From Pleurocapsales cyanobacterium LEGE 06147 (GTDB lineage: Bacteria; Cyanobacteriota; Cyanobacteriia; Cyanobacteriales; Xenococcaceae): 27,111 nucleotides of DNA. The stretch is from positions 1 through 27,111 of the forward strand of contig JADEWQ010000086.1 of the NCBI GenBank assembly GCA_015207585.1. Reading direction: 5' to 3'. Shown here in pieces: positions 25,565 to 27,111 of this stretch (within the stretch, counting starts at the first letter, position 1; every line of letters starts with the position of its first letter). Position numbers and translations under genes: made by a program. The notes under the pieces were generated by a model. It had not been told where the DNA came from. It did not search any database and was given only the letters and a program-made list of their open reading frames with translations.

Positions 25565-26851
25565 ATGGAAATTATCACCCTTTTTCTCGCAATTTTTGGT
25601 TTAGGTACTGGTGCCGGCTGGTTGATGATTCGCAACCTTTACTACATCTGTCAGCCAAGTGAAATTTTGATCTTTGCTGGCACGAAAACCCGAACTTTTG
25701 ACGGAAAGGAAGTGGGATATCGTTTAGTTAAAGGCGGCAGCAGCATTAAAGTACCAATGCTTGAAGAAGCTTTTCGTATGGATTTAACTAATATGATTAT
25801 CGAGCTAAAAGTAGCTAATGCCTACTCCAAAGGCGGAATACCTCTTACAGTAGAAGGAGTAGCTAATATTAAGATTGCCGGAGAAGAACCGACTATTCAC
25901 AATGCCATCGAGCGTTTATTGGGGAAAAGTCGCAAACAAATCGAACAGTTAGCTAAAGAAACTCTAGAAGGTAATCTGCGAGGAGTGTTAGCTAGTCTCA
26001 CTCCCGAACAAGTAAATGAAGATAAAATTGCCTTTGCGAAAAGTTTGCTCGAAGAAGCAGAAGATGACTTGGAAAAACTGGGACTAGTTTTAGATAACTT
26101 GCAAATTCAAAATATTTCTGACGAGGTTAATTATCTCAATTCCCTCGGGCGCAAACAACGAGCCGAACTGCTAAGGGATGCCCGTATTGCCGAAGCTACT
26201 GCTAAAGCAGAATCTACGATTAAAGCTTCAGAAAATAAAAAAATTACTTCTCTCAGACAAATTGGGAGAGATTTGGAAATAGCTAAAGCTGAAGCTGAAA
26301 AAAGAATTCGCGATGCCATTACTAAAAGAGAAGCCCTAGTTGCCGAAGCCGAAGCCCAAGTAATCGCAGCAATTGCCAAAGCTGAAGCCGAAGTTGCCGT
26401 ACAAACCGAAAGAATTAAACAAATTCAACAACAATTACAAGCCGATGTAGTCGCCCCAGCAGAGGCAGAATGTAAACAAGCGATCGCCAAAGCGAAAGGA
26501 GATGCTGCTAGTATCATTGAAGATGGTAAAGCTCAAGCTGAAGGTACTAAGCGTTTAGCCGAGTCTTGGAAAGTAGCAGGAGATAATGCCAGAGAAATTT
26601 TCCTCTTCCAAAAACTCGAAACCCTGATGAAAATGATGGCTGCTGGGGTACCAGAAATAGAAGTAGAAAGCGTTACTGTGGTTAATGGCAGAGATGGTAA
26701 CAGTGTCACTAAGATAGCTGCTTTTATGGAACAATTACGTCAGACTACAGGGCTGGATGTAGCGCAAATTGCCCATAATCTATCGGCAAATAATTCAATT
26801 AAAAAGATCGAAACTACAATAGAACCACAAAAACTTGACGGACAACAATGA
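25565..26851 (+). CDS. Flotillin-like SPFH/Band-7 protein, paralogue 2
   Basis: Same architecture as 23559-24911 (EILIFAGTKTR...YRLVKGGSSIKVPMLEEAFRMDLTNMIIELKVANAYSKGGIPLTVEGVANIKIAG, then an EA-repeat coiled coil). Confidence 0.85.
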   Translation: MEIITLFLAIFGLGTGAGWLMIRNLYYICQPSEILIFAGTKTRTFDGKEVGYRLVKGGSSIKVPMLEEAFRMDLTNMIIELKVANAYSKGGIPLTVEGVANIKIAGEEPTIHNAIERLLGKSRKQIEQLAKETLEGNLRGVLASLTPEQVNEDKIAFAKSLLEEAEDDLEKLGLVLDNLQIQNISDEVNYLNSLGRKQRAELLRDARIAEATAKAESTIKASENKKITSLRQIGRDLEIAKAEAEKRIRDAITKREALVAEAEAQVIAAIAKAEAEVAVQTERIKQIQQQLQADVVAPAEAECKQAIAKAKGDAASIIEDGKAQAEGTKRLAESWKVAGDNAREIFLFQKLETLMKMMAAGVPEIEVESVTVVNGRDGNSVTKIAAFMEQLRQTTGLDVAQIAHNLSANNSIKKIETTIEPQKLDGQQ

Positions 26852-27111
26852 TTGCCAGTACCATTCCCTGGGATTCTATACGGGAAAATATCTTATTCGA
26901 TCCAGCTAAAAACAACAAGAAATAAAGAGCGATCGCCCGTGCTGGTTCTCAAAAAAATAAGAAAAGCGCGATCGTAGATAAAATTTTAGCTCCGTGAGCG
27001 GGAAGCCTCACGCTTATCCGCTAGGAAAGCGTTGAGAGAGGTTCGCTCCGCGTCGAGAGCGAACTTCTCACTAAGTGCCCAACATCTGTGATAATAGAGC
27101 AAATAAGTTTT

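Noticed and set aside
1-27111. CRISPR arrays, tRNA or rRNA genes
   Set aside because: No array of regularly spaced repeats and no tRNA-like cloverleaf signatures were seen. The only tandem repeat is the heptamer array at 25516-25564. The frequent GCGATCGC octamers are the genome-wide HIP1 palindrome, not a local feature.

Overview
This 27.1-kb window looks cyanobacterial: the HIP1 octamer GCGATCGC recurs throughout, and an STRR-like heptamer array sits at 25516-25564. Coding is dense and mostly on the + strand. In order, the window contains the following.

- A copper-efflux module (694-4667): an HMA metallochaperone, a P1B-type Cu+ ATPase, a possible 27-aa TM peptide, a cupredoxin-fold protein, and a MerR-family regulator on the same strand.
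- A membrane-bound beta-lactamase-fold serine hydrolase (5307-7367).
- Three ion-channel genes: an MscS-family channel, a DUF2254 membrane protein, and a convergent 6-TM voltage-sensor channel.
- A decayed IS200/IS605 remnant (10766-11700), with a TnpB C-terminal fragment and an N-terminally disrupted TnpA diverging from each other.
- ackA.
- A belt of gene decay: an SDR split by a frameshift, an ABC-exporter fragment abutting a carotenoid-oxygenase C-terminal fragment, a peroxiredoxin lacking its active-site half next to an intact trxB, and a glycerate-kinase N-terminal stub.
- Intact trxB and transaldolase.
- A pentapeptide-repeat protein and a DUF4079-like membrane protein, followed by a DUF2267 - phosphoribosyltransferase - erythromycin-esterase trio.
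- An NfeD - flotillin - DUF29 - flotillin locus.

No rRNA, tRNA or CRISPR array was seen.

The observations most worth a second look are these.

- A ~40-bp near-perfect direct repeat that duplicates the start codon and first nine codons of the serine-hydrolase gene lies 6.5 kb downstream, next to the IS remnant. The two copies bracket the hydrolase, the ion-channel genes and the IS remnant.
- The tandem flotillin locus shows translational coupling, has a structured spacer, and carries a heptanucleotide tandem repeat fused to the second flotillin's start codon.
- A perfect 8-2-8 palindrome overlaps the ribosome-binding site of the copper chaperone gene.
- The voltage-sensor channel has a non-canonical pore signature.
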